Shown in pieces: positions 9,101 to 17,831 of a stretch of 64,000 nucleotides of DNA (position 1 is the first letter of the stretch; each line of letters begins with the position of its first letter). Source of the DNA: an uncultured Bacilli bacterium. GTDB taxonomy: Bacteria > Bacillota_I > Bacilli_A > RF39 > UBA660. The position numbers and the translations under genes are program-made. The DNA lies in assembly GCA_950097225.1 (NCBI GenBank), contig CATNCE010000001.1, forward strand, positions 48,451 through 112,450. The letters run 5' to 3'. The notes under the pieces are model-generated. The model was not told the origin of the DNA. It worked only from the letters and a program-made list of their open reading frames with translations, and made no database searches.

Positions 9101-9673
9101 AAAGATGATTTAGATAGGAAGGGGATTTATGTTATTGGGGAGTCTTCTATGGCTTATGAGATGAATGAGAGCTTTAATGGGGAACTTAATTTTATAACAC
9201 TTTTAACTATGTTAGCGATATTTGTGGTAGTAGCAGTGACATTTAAGTCCCTAATTATTCCTTGTATCTTAATATTAATTATTCAATGTGCAGTGTATAT
9301 AACGATGGCCTTTATGTCTTTAACAGGATCAAATGTATATTTTATTTCACTTTTAATTGTTCAGAGTATATTAATGGGAGCAACGATAGATTACGCGATT
9401 GTGTATACTTCATATTATTTAGAAGCTCGCAAGGATAAGAAGAATGTAAAAGATGCCATTATAAGTGCTTATAATAATTCGATACATACTATTTTGTGTT
9501 CATCTTCTATTTTAGTAATTGTAACACTGGTTGTTGGTAATTTTGCTTCGGCTATTGCTGCTAAAATATGTTTAACTTTATCCAAAGGATGTTTTGCTTC
9601 AGCCTTGCTTATATTGTTAATATTGCCAGTTATGCTTGCTATATTTGATCGATTTATTATTAAGAATAGATGA
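6107..9673 (+). CDS. MMPL/RND-superfamily membrane transporter with a very large repeat-containing extracytoplasmic loop
   Basis: Two hydrophobic 5-6 TM bundles (residues ~160-320 and ~1010-1190 of the track ORF) with MMPL-like motifs (LALSMDYSIMLMNRY; GATIDYAIVY). It is divergent from the TetR gene. ATG at 6107 with RBS GAAAGGAA. Confidence 0.8.
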   Translation: MKKRIVDFIVDKRYLVLITFTIGALFCLFISSYVNINRDMMEYLPSSSETRIGSDIMEREFGSSSTSDLNLMFEDLDDKMFVKESLQKMEHVLEVKYDESSNYNKDNYTLYVLTIDDEAKGKNARLVYDNIVKNYDDYKIYMSGSVAEWNKPVLHVGIIILAIVCAMIILIIMCESYIEPFLFLYAIGLAVFVNMGTNLIFSSVSNITSSIVAILQLALSMDYSIMLMNRYSQERKRASSREEAMKKSLLNAFGSIASSSVTTIVGLLALVFMSFTIGKDLGFVLAKGVFLSLVSIFLVLPSLILLFDNIIVKTKKKSLNVKMNLIASGVYKLKYPMAILFVILFGVSFLLKGNLHILYTGTENDEIAAVFEENNQIAIVYENKYEEVVADYCRNLEDEKISNVLCYGNTIGENLFYDEVNGKLEYLGLDVAIEDDLLKIIYYDYYNKDIDNKLTLNEFVNFINKEVLTNEEFRIDLDKKVIDNIHMLEDLTNKGNIKKKMYPKEMANSLGIDKDLVDNLYVLYFADKVNNKIKIDEFVTFINKEVITDKTYGSMIDASMKRNINMLLPFISKKNINTFYTSEYLASILGIEKSDMDKLMLLYYKDADRGIKLSIKDIFIGVDYLNKNTDYLVGIDTSLFTKLNVFATNKNNINNTKMSYFEHREVFKSINPNLVDLVYSGLDQNTLLSPLELCELALRDWSEYLSDDDSAKLKLLVMIMGSTNNNTLYSSKEFAKMFSLDNGVVNSLYTLVASVNGYEFKMSIYEAVNVILTNKDLLQDKIDSNVLATLDRVNLIMMNVNKGKSLSSKKMADIMGISSDNVKLLYSLYDSKKSPKKMNLIDFTDFIIKEVMNDKRFSSYFKEKDKNAVKTINEIMKLSLDNKRMSATQTHAVLANLTDDLDVNLVRLVYLYYASANEFDEHMKLSLETLVKYISDDVIKRDMFKDFISDDMQNKITDGASRIDEAKQELVGEHYSRIVLNTKYSKEGNDTFSFVARLKDDLDRKGIYVIGESSMAYEMNESFNGELNFITLLTMLAIFVVVAVTFKSLIIPCILILIIQCAVYITMAFMSLTGSNVYFISLLIVQSILMGATIDYAIVYTSYYLEARKDKKNVKDAIISAYNNSIHTILCSSSILVIVTLVVGNFASAIAAKICLTLSKGCFASALLILLILPVMLAIFDRFIIKNR

Positions 9674-9698
9674 CTAGTTTGAATAGTCATCTTTTTTT
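9668..9698 (+). terminator. Intrinsic terminator of the MMPL gene
   Basis: AGATGACTA / TAGTCATCT stem with a 7-nt loop, followed by T7. It overlaps the TGA stop. Confidence 0.75.
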
Positions 9699-9806
9699 GT
9701 TGTCTACATAATATCTGTCATTGTCTACTTTTAGTTTATCATTACACATTGTCATTGCAAAACGTGTCAAATTGTTCCTTTTTTCAACAAAACCCTTGAT
9801 TTTTTC

Positions 9807-9816
9807 GGGGGGGGGG
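9807..9816. repeat. Poly(G)10 homopolymer inside a promoter spacer
   Basis: Ten consecutive G in an AT-rich intergenic region. They are flanked by TTGATT (9796-9801) and TATGAT (9817-9822). Confidence 0.95.
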
Positions 9817-9875
9817 TATGATTAAATTATAGTAGGGAAGTATGTTTAGTTATAAACAAAAAAAGGTGATATGAT

Positions 9876-11303
9876 ATGACACAAAATAGTAAAAGAATAG
9901 CTGTTATTTTATCAGTGTTGATCTTGGTAATAGGTTTTGCTGCAGTAACAACAACACTAGTATTAAATGGTGGTTTGTTAATAAGCGAATCAGATGACTT
10001 TAAGATAATATTTACTGAGGCTATCTTAGATGGAAGAAAAGATAATAGTTTAATAAGTAATGATAAGAAAACGATAACGTTTGAGTCAAAAGAGTTATTA
10101 GATCTAAATGATAGAACTACATTAGAGTATATGGTAGCGAACACAAGTAGAAATTATGATGCAAATGTAAGTGTAAATTGTAGTATAAGTAGTAATACTA
10201 GTGAGTACGTTTATGTAAGAAATAATCCAAGTGAAATGATAGTTGAAGCTGGAACAAGTAAAAAAGGAACCATTGAAGTAGAGTTAATAAAAGTGTTAAC
10301 TGAGAGTAAAGAAGTCTCTTTAACATGCGAATTAGTTTCTACACCAATTGAAAGAGATAATTTAGCTAATGAATATACGGAACCCGAAAAAGAGCCCTTT
10401 AGTGAAGCTGGCACTATAAAAAGTATTTCATCTTATTATGAAAGTAATATGGGATATTTTGTCCCAAGTTCAGTAGACTTTTGGAAATATGCGTATATGA
10501 TTTCAAAGGTGGTTTTTGAAGACACTTTAACATCTCATGAAACAAGCGATGATCTAATATTTGATGTAAGTGCTGAAAATTCTTCAAATAAAGTTATGGC
10601 TTATTTAGTTGCTAATGAGAAACCTTATGGAGGAAAGCATCTCTATGATTTATATATACAATCTGAAACAGGTGTAAAAGCCAATTCTGATTCATCAAAT
10701 TTATTTTTGCAATTTAGTTCATTAGAAGAAATTGTTGGGCTAGAACATTTTGATACAAGTGGGGTAACAAATATGAGCTATATGTTTTCTTGTTGCGAAA
10801 TGCTAACAAGTTTAAATTTAAGTAAATTTGATACAAGCAATGTAAGCAATATGAGTTCTATGTTTTACGGGTGTAGTAGTTTAACAAAGTTAGATGTAGG
10901 TAATTTTGATACAAGTAATGTAAATAGTATGAGTGAAATGTTTCATTATTGTTGGAGTTTTATAGATTTAGATTTGGGTAATTTTGATACGAAGAATGTA
11001 ACAAATATGAGTGGTATGTTTTCTTATTGTAGAAGTTTAGCAAGTTTGGATTTAAGTAATTTTGATACCAGCAATGTAACAGATATGAGTGGGATGTTTT
11101 CTGATTGTAGTAGTTTAGCAAGTTTGGATATAAGTAAATTTGATACAAGCAATGTAACGCTTGAAGGTAATATGTTTTTTGGGATGCCAGATAATGCTAA
11201 AGTTTATGTAAAAGATATTGCATCTCAAGAATGGATTTTGAATTTACAAGGCAGCGATCGTCCCTCTTCCTGGACAACAGAAAATGTTGTTGTCAAAGTT
11301 TAA
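9876..11303 (+). CDS. Surface protein: N-terminal signal-anchor plus shared beta-rich module, C-terminal DUF285 / BspA-like leucine-rich repeats
   Basis: RBS AAGGTGA precedes the ATG at 9876. Signal-anchor: IAVILSVLILVIGFAAVTTTLVL. There are 5.5 copies of FDTSNVTNMSxMFxxCxSLxSLDLSN, the PF03382-type (DUF285) repeat. Confidence 0.8.
   Translation: MTQNSKRIAVILSVLILVIGFAAVTTTLVLNGGLLISESDDFKIIFTEAILDGRKDNSLISNDKKTITFESKELLDLNDRTTLEYMVANTSRNYDANVSVNCSISSNTSEYVYVRNNPSEMIVEAGTSKKGTIEVELIKVLTESKEVSLTCELVSTPIERDNLANEYTEPEKEPFSEAGTIKSISSYYESNMGYFVPSSVDFWKYAYMISKVVFEDTLTSHETSDDLIFDVSAENSSNKVMAYLVANEKPYGGKHLYDLYIQSETGVKANSDSSNLFLQFSSLEEIVGLEHFDTSGVTNMSYMFSCCEMLTSLNLSKFDTSNVSNMSSMFYGCSSLTKLDVGNFDTSNVNSMSEMFHYCWSFIDLDLGNFDTKNVTNMSGMFSYCRSLASLDLSNFDTSNVTDMSGMFSDCSSLASLDISKFDTSNVTLEGNMFFGMPDNAKVYVKDIASQEWILNLQGSDRPSSWTTENVVVKV
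10748..11170. repeat. 78-bp in-frame tandem repeats encoding DUF285 units
   Basis: 26-aa units repeat about 5.5 times. The antisense ORF 10960..11148 is an artefact of this periodicity. Confidence 0.8.
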
Positions 11304-11368
11304 TTGTCAAGAATAATCAAGTGTTATTCTTTTTCTTTTGTGATAAAATGTTGCTAGGTGATACGATA

Positions 11369-12223
11369 ATGTATAAAGTATTGAAAAATGAAAAGCTAAA
11401 TGATAGTGTGTATTTACTTGAAATAGAATGTTTGGAAATTGCTAGAGAATCTATCCCAGGGCAGTTTGTAATTGTCATGGCTTATGAGGATTCAGAGCGC
11501 ATTCCTTTGACTATTTATGATTATGATAAGAAGTCGGGTAGTATTAAGTTAGTTTATCAGGTTGTTGGGGCATCAACTCTGGAACTCACTAAAGTTAAGG
11601 ATAATTTGTATGCGGTATTAGGTCCTTTAGGAAATCGTGCATTGATTATTGAAAATGAGGCTAATTTAAAGGAAAGTATGGTGCTATTTGTGGCTGGTGG
11701 TGTTGGAGTTGCTCCCGTTATTCCACAGATGAAATATTTAAAAGATAAGGGGATTTCTGTTGATTTAATATATGGTGCTAAAAATAAGAGTTCTATTATT
11801 TTAGAAAATGAAGTAAAAGATATAGCAGATGAGGTGATTATAACTACAGATGATGGCAGTTATGGAATTAAAGGATTTGTAACAGATGTTTTAAAAGATA
11901 TAAGTAAAAGGTATGATTATTGTGTTGCAATTGGACCAGTTGTTATGATGAAACATGTTGTTATGGAAGCCATGAGCAAAGGCTTAAAAACGATTGTTAG
12001 CATGAATCCGATTATGGTTGATGGGTCTGGTATGTGTGGAGCTTGTCGAGTTATGGTTGATGGTAAAGTTAAATTTGCCTGCGTTGATGGGCCAGAGTTT
12101 TTTGGGGAAGAAGTAGACTTTGATATGGCTATTAGACGAATGAATCTTTATAAAACAGAAGAAGGAAGAGCTTATTTAAAGTCTTTGGAAGGTGAACATA
12201 AGGGGTGTAAAGGTCATGAATAA
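11369..12223 (+). CDS. nfnA: FAD/NAD-binding, [2Fe-2S] oxidoreductase subunit (NfnA / PyrK-like partner of homotetrameric GltA-type enzyme)
   Basis: Ferredoxin-reductase-type layout, a C-terminal cysteine cluster (MVDGSGMCGACRV...FACVDGPEF), and translational overlap with the next gene. RBS AGGTG precedes the ATG at 11369. Confidence 0.65.
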   Translation: MYKVLKNEKLNDSVYLLEIECLEIARESIPGQFVIVMAYEDSERIPLTIYDYDKKSGSIKLVYQVVGASTLELTKVKDNLYAVLGPLGNRALIIENEANLKESMVLFVAGGVGVAPVIPQMKYLKDKGISVDLIYGAKNKSSIILENEVKDIADEVIITTDDGSYGIKGFVTDVLKDISKRYDYCVAIGPVVMMKHVVMEAMSKGLKTIVSMNPIMVDGSGMCGACRVMVDGKVKFACVDGPEFFGEEVDFDMAIRRMNLYKTEEGRAYLKSLEGEHKGCKGHE

Positions 12224-13574
12224 GGTAAAAATGCGTACGTTAGATAGTAGCATTAGAGTTAACAATTTTGAAGAGGTTAATTTGGGATATAATCGCGATG
12301 AAGCTGTAGCTGAGGCGAGTCGTTGCTTAAATTGTGCTAATCCTAGGTGTGTTTTGGGGTGCCCAGTTAATATTCAAATACCTAAGTTTATTCAAGCTAT
12401 TAAAGAAAATAAGATGGAGAGTGCTGCTTCTATAATTGAAGAAAGTAATAGTTTCCCTGGGATATGTGGGCGTGTCTGTCCGCAGGAGAAGCAATGTGAA
12501 GCAATGTGTATTAAAGGATTTCGAGGAGATGCCATTTCGATTGGGTCATTAGAGCGTTACGTGGCTGATTGGGCACTAGAAAATAAGCTTAATGATACTA
12601 CTCATGCTATTTCTAATGGGAAAAGGGTGGCGATCATTGGAAGTGGACCAAGTGGATTAGCTTGTGCCTCTGTTTTAGCATTTCATGGTTGTGAAGTCAC
12701 GATATATGAAGCACTTCATAAAGCGGGAGGAGTTTTGGCGTATGGTATTCCGGAATTTCGTCTGCCTAAAAGAATTTTGCAAGAAGAAATCGATAAATTA
12801 AAGAAAATGGGTGTTAATTTTGTTTTTAATACCTTGATTGGTGCTACGATTAGTTTTTCTGAATTAAAGAAAACTAATGATGCTATTTATGTGGCAACTG
12901 GGGCGGGACTGCCTAAGTTTATGGGAATAAAAAATGAAATGGCGAAAGGAGTGTTCTCAGCAAATGAAATTTTAACGCGAATTAATTTGATGAAATCTTT
13001 TGAACATGACGCTAAAACCCCGATATATGCTTATAAAAAGTGCTTAGTAGTTGGTGGGGGAAATGTTGCTATGGACGCTGCTCGTTCAATCAAAAGGATG
13101 GGAGGAGAAGTCTCAATTGTTTATCGTCGTAGTCTAGATGAGCTTCCCGCTCGAAGAGAAGAAGTGTTGCATGCATATGAAGAGGGAATTGAGTTTAATT
13201 ATTTAGTTAATCCTTTAGAAGTTGAGGTTGATGGTGAGGGACACGTTTTAGGTTTGAGAGTTGCGAAAATGGAACTTATTGATGAAGGAGGAAAGCGTAA
13301 GAGTGTTCGAGAAATACCTGATTCTTCCTATGTTATACCAGGGGATATGGTTATAATGGCGATTGGAACAAATGCAAATCCTTTGATAAGAAAAAATATT
13401 GATTTAGAATGTGATGATAAAGGATTAATTATTGTTGATGGAACGAAAACAAGCGATGTTGCGGTTTTTGCTGGTGGCGATGCTGTAACAGGGGCAGCTA
13501 CGGTTATTTTAGCAATGGAAGCCGGAAAAAAGGCAGGATTAGAGATTGGCAAGTACTTAGGAATTATGGATTAA
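12216..13574 (+). CDS. nfnB: NADPH-dependent glutamate-synthase-small-chain-like oxidoreductase (NfnB-type)
   Basis: CLNCANPRCVLGCPV and CGRVCPQEKQCE are 4Fe-4S motifs. GSGPSGLA and VVGGGNVAMD are dinucleotide folds. The ATG at 12216 overlaps the nfnA stop. Confidence 0.7.
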   Translation: MNKVKMRTLDSSIRVNNFEEVNLGYNRDEAVAEASRCLNCANPRCVLGCPVNIQIPKFIQAIKENKMESAASIIEESNSFPGICGRVCPQEKQCEAMCIKGFRGDAISIGSLERYVADWALENKLNDTTHAISNGKRVAIIGSGPSGLACASVLAFHGCEVTIYEALHKAGGVLAYGIPEFRLPKRILQEEIDKLKKMGVNFVFNTLIGATISFSELKKTNDAIYVATGAGLPKFMGIKNEMAKGVFSANEILTRINLMKSFEHDAKTPIYAYKKCLVVGGGNVAMDAARSIKRMGGEVSIVYRRSLDELPARREEVLHAYEEGIEFNYLVNPLEVEVDGEGHVLGLRVAKMELIDEGGKRKSVREIPDSSYVIPGDMVIMAIGTNANPLIRKNIDLECDDKGLIIVDGTKTSDVAVFAGGDAVTGAATVILAMEAGKKAGLEIGKYLGIMD

Positions 13575-13630
13575 AAGTTAGTATTTGACATATGAATGAA
13601 TATTAAATATAATTGATATGGTGATGATTT

Positions 13631-14233
13631 ATGAAGTATACAGGTTGGATAGTTGCAGGTATAGTGGCTTTAGTTATCATTATATCGTGCAATTTGTCGC
13701 CAAAAGATAATAAGATAGATGAGGTGGAAATTATGGAAGGAAAACATCATATTCAAATAGCAGTTAGGGATTATGGAACTATTAATGTAGAACTTGATGC
13801 TGATGAGGCACCAATTACAGTTACTAATTTTATTTATTTGGTTAATAAGGGCTTTTATGATGGCTTAACTTTTCATCGTATTGTAAGTGGATTCATGATT
13901 CAAGGTGGAGATCCAGAGGGAACTGGTTTTGGTGGAAGTTCACAAAAAATAAAGGGTGAATTTAGTTCGAATGGTGTTACTAATAATATTAGTCATAAAC
14001 GTGGAGTTATTTCTATGGCACGTAGTAGTGATCCAAACTCGGCAAGTAGTCAATTCTTCATTGTTCATGAAGATTCGCTTTCTCTAGATGGAGATTATGC
14101 TGCTTTTGGACATGTTACAGATGGAATGGATGTTGTCGATAAAATAGCTAAAGATGCCAAACCAATTGATGGGGACGGATTAGTTGCTAAGGAACAACAA
14201 CCAGTTATAGAGTCGATAAAGGTAATTGACTAA
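13631..14233 (+). CDS. Membrane-anchored cyclophilin-type peptidyl-prolyl isomerase
   Basis: FHRIVSGFMIQGGDP and SQFFIV are cyclophilin signatures. There is an N-terminal TM helix. Confidence 0.9.
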   Translation: MKYTGWIVAGIVALVIIISCNLSPKDNKIDEVEIMEGKHHIQIAVRDYGTINVELDADEAPITVTNFIYLVNKGFYDGLTFHRIVSGFMIQGGDPEGTGFGGSSQKIKGEFSSNGVTNNISHKRGVISMARSSDPNSASSQFFIVHEDSLSLDGDYAAFGHVTDGMDVVDKIAKDAKPIDGDGLVAKEQQPVIESIKVID

Positions 14234-14289
14234 GGGAACATAACTTGTATAGTTATGTTTTTTTGTGGTATAATTTTTATGTGATAAGT

Positions 14290-16149
14290 ATGATAAAAAA
14301 ATTTTTTAATTGGGATAGAATATTATTTCTTATGATGTTTGTTTCTCTTTTTTCCATAAGTATGTATGCAGATATATATACAAGAAGTATATTGGATATA
14401 GATAGTTTTGGTTTTAATGTTTTTAATTATCGAATTCTTTGGATAGGTTTTTCTTTATCGTGGATTTTATTGATATTATTGTTAATTTATTTTGTTCCTA
14501 GGGAAAAGCGTGTTAAAGTTTTTTCAATCGTTAATGTCTTTATGGCGGCTTTGCTTTTTTCTCAGGTTTGTTATGTTCAACAACTAGGAAAGTTTATGAT
14601 TGTTTCAGATTTATTTTTGGCAGGAGAAGGTTTACAATACATTAAGAGTATTTTTTTGAATTTGAATTTTGGAATGATTTTTACGGTGTTGTTTTCTGTG
14701 TTTTGCATTGTTGTTTTGAATGTTCTTGATTATCGTTTACAAAAAAGTAATCAAAGAGCTATCCAAAAGCGAAGTATGTTAGCAATTGGTATTTTAATTT
14801 TTTTGATATTTGGTTTTCGTCTTATCTCGTATGGAATGCTTGGACATAATGTCGAAGATAACAATTGGCAAGAAAACTATAATCCTAAGAACATATATAA
14901 TAATTTTACTAATCCTAATTCAGCCATGTTTGTTTCAGGTTTTTATGAATATCATGTGCGAGCAATATTTAAGTATATTTATAATTTAGTTACTTTAGAT
15001 CGTGCAGCAATGCGGGCTAATATTGATCAGTATAATGCGATATATGGAACGACGAGAGCGGATAATGAATATACAGGTGTTTTAAAAGATAAAAATGTAA
15101 TATTCATTATGATGGAGAGCATTGATTCATGGATTGTCGATGAAGAAACCATGCCAACACTAAAATATTTAATGAATACAGGCTTAAATTTTACTAATCG
15201 TTATTCGCCATTTTTTAATGGCGGACAGACAATTAATTCAGAGTTTGCCCTTAATACAGGAATGTATGCAATTAGTGATAAGGACACGATTTATGATATT
15301 GATGATGTTGATTATTCGCATAGTTTAGCTAGCATTCTTAAGAATCATGGTTATAAAGTGAATTCGTTTCACGCTAATTCAGGTTATTTTTATAATCGTA
15401 TTAATTTCCATAAGCGACTTGGCTATGAGAATCATTATTCGGCATATGATTTGCAAAAAGAGGGTAAGTTAAATAAGCATAAAAACTATTTTTTAGATTC
15501 GGAGTTTATCGAAGATGATACCTTGTATGAGTATTTTACAGGGAATGATAAGTATTTAAGCTTTATGACGACATATTCTGCACATTTAGATTATACTTTA
15601 GAAAATAAAGTATTTAAAAGTATTAATCCTAAAGTCGATAAGAGGAGATATTCTGAGGAAGAGTTTGTGTATCGTACATTAGCTAGAGATACGGATAATT
15701 TCTTGAATATTTTATTAGAAAAGTTAGAGGATGAGGGGAAACTTGATGATGTAGTATTAGTGTTAGCAAGTGATCATTATTCATATGGTTATAGCGATAT
15801 TGACTATGTTGCTCAAAAAAAAGAGACCATTAATGATCGCAAGGATTTACAAAAGACACCTTTTGTTATTTGGTCGAAAGATTTACAACATCAGGATATT
15901 GATACTATTTTAGATACCGCAGATATTTTGCCAACATTATTTAATCTACTAGGAGTAGAGTATGATCCTAAGTATTATATGGGAGAAGATGTTTTTTCTA
16001 ATAATCATGATGATTTTGTGTGGTTTTCTGATGGGACTTATATAAAGAGTAAGGAATGTCTTTTATCTAATGAGGCTATTTTGACTAAGATTAATTATAA
16101 TATATCTAAAAATAAGGCTATATTGTTGACTAATTATTATGGGAAGTAA
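14290..16149 (+). CDS. LTA synthase / sulfatase-family membrane protein (LtaS-like)
   Basis: About 5 N-terminal TM helices, then an alkaline-phosphatase-superfamily domain (IFIMMESIDSW ... LVLASDHYSYG). The start could be 14245 or 14290. Confidence 0.7.
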   Translation: MIKKFFNWDRILFLMMFVSLFSISMYADIYTRSILDIDSFGFNVFNYRILWIGFSLSWILLILLLIYFVPREKRVKVFSIVNVFMAALLFSQVCYVQQLGKFMIVSDLFLAGEGLQYIKSIFLNLNFGMIFTVLFSVFCIVVLNVLDYRLQKSNQRAIQKRSMLAIGILIFLIFGFRLISYGMLGHNVEDNNWQENYNPKNIYNNFTNPNSAMFVSGFYEYHVRAIFKYIYNLVTLDRAAMRANIDQYNAIYGTTRADNEYTGVLKDKNVIFIMMESIDSWIVDEETMPTLKYLMNTGLNFTNRYSPFFNGGQTINSEFALNTGMYAISDKDTIYDIDDVDYSHSLASILKNHGYKVNSFHANSGYFYNRINFHKRLGYENHYSAYDLQKEGKLNKHKNYFLDSEFIEDDTLYEYFTGNDKYLSFMTTYSAHLDYTLENKVFKSINPKVDKRRYSEEEFVYRTLARDTDNFLNILLEKLEDEGKLDDVVLVLASDHYSYGYSDIDYVAQKKETINDRKDLQKTPFVIWSKDLQHQDIDTILDTADILPTLFNLLGVEYDPKYYMGEDVFSNNHDDFVWFSDGTYIKSKECLLSNEAILTKINYNISKNKAILLTNYYGK

Positions 16150-16205
16150 TTTAGTTATAATAGACAATAAATAGACTATTTGATACAATTAGGTTGGTGA
16201 TGTAT

Positions 16206-16811
16206 ATGAAAGATACAAAAGAGATTGTTTTGTTTTTTAAAGATAAACAGGATTTTAGTCCGTTAGATGTTTCTAAGGAATTAATGGGGAGATATCCAGA
16301 GCTTGGAGAGCCAATAATATTACCTGATAATGGCGTAACTAAAGCTCCATTAGTATTATTTAATACTAATTCTGATTTTCAAATGCAAATAAGTCGTATA
16401 TCTTTAAATTTCGTTGTTAATCATACATATTTTAAAAAAATGGCGGCAATTATATTTGATATTGTCGATGCTTTTGAGTCTTTTGATGCACATTTCTTTA
16501 GATTAGGGTATATATCGAGTATATTTTTTTCTCCTAATTATATCGAGAAAGCAAAGAAGAGATTTTTAAATATGGATAACTTAGAGGGAATTCAAGATTT
16601 TCATATAAGTTGGTATAAAGAGCTTGAAAATAGTTGTGGAGTGATCAATTGTTGGGAAAGAGCTATAACTGATCATCTTGATTTTCCGGATTTATTGATG
16701 CAGTATGATTTTAATTCGCCAATTGACATTGATGTTGATTTTGAAATGAAGTATATTAAAGAATTTTTAAAAACAACGGATGAGTATATTGAAGGTAGAA
16801 CTGATTTTTAA
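16206..16811 (+). CDS. Hypothetical cytoplasmic protein
   Basis: Clean ORF with RBS GGTGA 5 nt before the ATG at 16206. I recognise no family. Confidence 0.5.
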   Translation: MKDTKEIVLFFKDKQDFSPLDVSKELMGRYPELGEPIILPDNGVTKAPLVLFNTNSDFQMQISRISLNFVVNHTYFKKMAAIIFDIVDAFESFDAHFFRLGYISSIFFSPNYIEKAKKRFLNMDNLEGIQDFHISWYKELENSCGVINCWERAITDHLDFPDLLMQYDFNSPIDIDVDFEMKYIKEFLKTTDEYIEGRTDF

Positions 16812-16853
16812 TGATGTGGAACCATAGTAGTCGTCATAAATGTTTTAGAGGTT

Positions 16854-17495
16854 ATGATGAAGAGAGTTATTAATATAGGTTTAGGATTACTTTTTAGTGG
16901 AACATTTCTTTTAACAATATTTACATTGACAGTTTTATCTAAAAATTTTGTTTTAAAGGTAGCTAACGAAAACAATATATATGAATACATACTTAATAAA
17001 ACTTGTGATAATTTTGCTACAAGCAATAAAAATTGTTTAGAAGTAATAGATTTAAAAAAAGTAAAGAAAGATTTTAAGCGTTATGTTACTAGTAAATATA
17101 AAAATGAATACTTTTATTTAGATGGAGAACAGATTTTTCGCGATTCTTATAATAGTAGTTTGAAATTTGATAATTACTTTAGTGAGTATGATATTACTTC
17201 AACTATTTATCTTATATATGCAGCTGATATATTTTTAATTATTTTGACCGGGGTAATTTTTTTAAAGACTAAGAGCAAGCATGATTTGAGTGAAATCATA
17301 ATGATTAATTTTATTGTTAGTATTTTAGGCTATGGTGCTATTAAAATATTCTTGAAAATTGATAATGAATTTTTAGAAAGTATTTTTATGCTATTTAATA
17401 AATACTATTTGGGTAGTGCTATTATCGTTTTTGAGTTGATGATTATTAATAAATTGGGGAAAAATAAAAAAATACCTCATTTCTTTTGGAGATGA
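16854..17495 (+). CDS. Hypothetical multi-pass membrane protein
   Basis: ORF with 4 hydrophobic helices. No recognisable motif. Confidence 0.5.
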   Translation: MMKRVINIGLGLLFSGTFLLTIFTLTVLSKNFVLKVANENNIYEYILNKTCDNFATSNKNCLEVIDLKKVKKDFKRYVTSKYKNEYFYLDGEQIFRDSYNSSLKFDNYFSEYDITSTIYLIYAADIFLIILTGVIFLKTKSKHDLSEIIMINFIVSILGYGAIKIFLKIDNEFLESIFMLFNKYYLGSAIIVFELMIINKLGKNKKIPHFFWR

Positions 17496-17585
17496 GGTTT
17501 TTATATGGTAAAAAAACAATAGTAAAACCTCACTTAGTAAGTGAAGTATAAATGAGCTTTTATATGGAATAATTATGGTAGTGAG

Positions 17586-17831
17586 GTGGTTAATCTGAAT
17601 AAAGAAGACGTTAATTACGTATATTATTTAGCAGGACAGAATTTGAAGAAAATTCGGAAGGCCAAAGGATTAACACAGGAAGAATTAGCTATTGCAAGTA
17701 CATATTCTTTAGGATATATTATGAATATAGAAAGTAGTAAATATATGCAGTCAATATCTATGGGAGCTCTTTGGCAATTTTCGAAGGTGTTAAAGTGTGA
17801 TATTAGAGATTTCTTTAAACCTTTAGATTAG
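17586..17831 (+). CDS. XRE-family helix-turn-helix transcriptional regulator
   Basis: LKKIRKAKGLTQEELAIASTYSLGYIMNIE is a Cro/C1-type HTH. GTG start is uncertain. Confidence 0.7.
   Translation: MVNLNKEDVNYVYYLAGQNLKKIRKAKGLTQEELAIASTYSLGYIMNIESSKYMQSISMGALWQFSKVLKCDIRDFFKPLD

Noticed and set aside
10960-11148. Minus-strand ORF within the DUF285 repeat region.
   Set aside because: It is antisense to 78-bp coding repeats. Its periodic translation (YQNYLNPNLLN...) mirrors the repeat structure.
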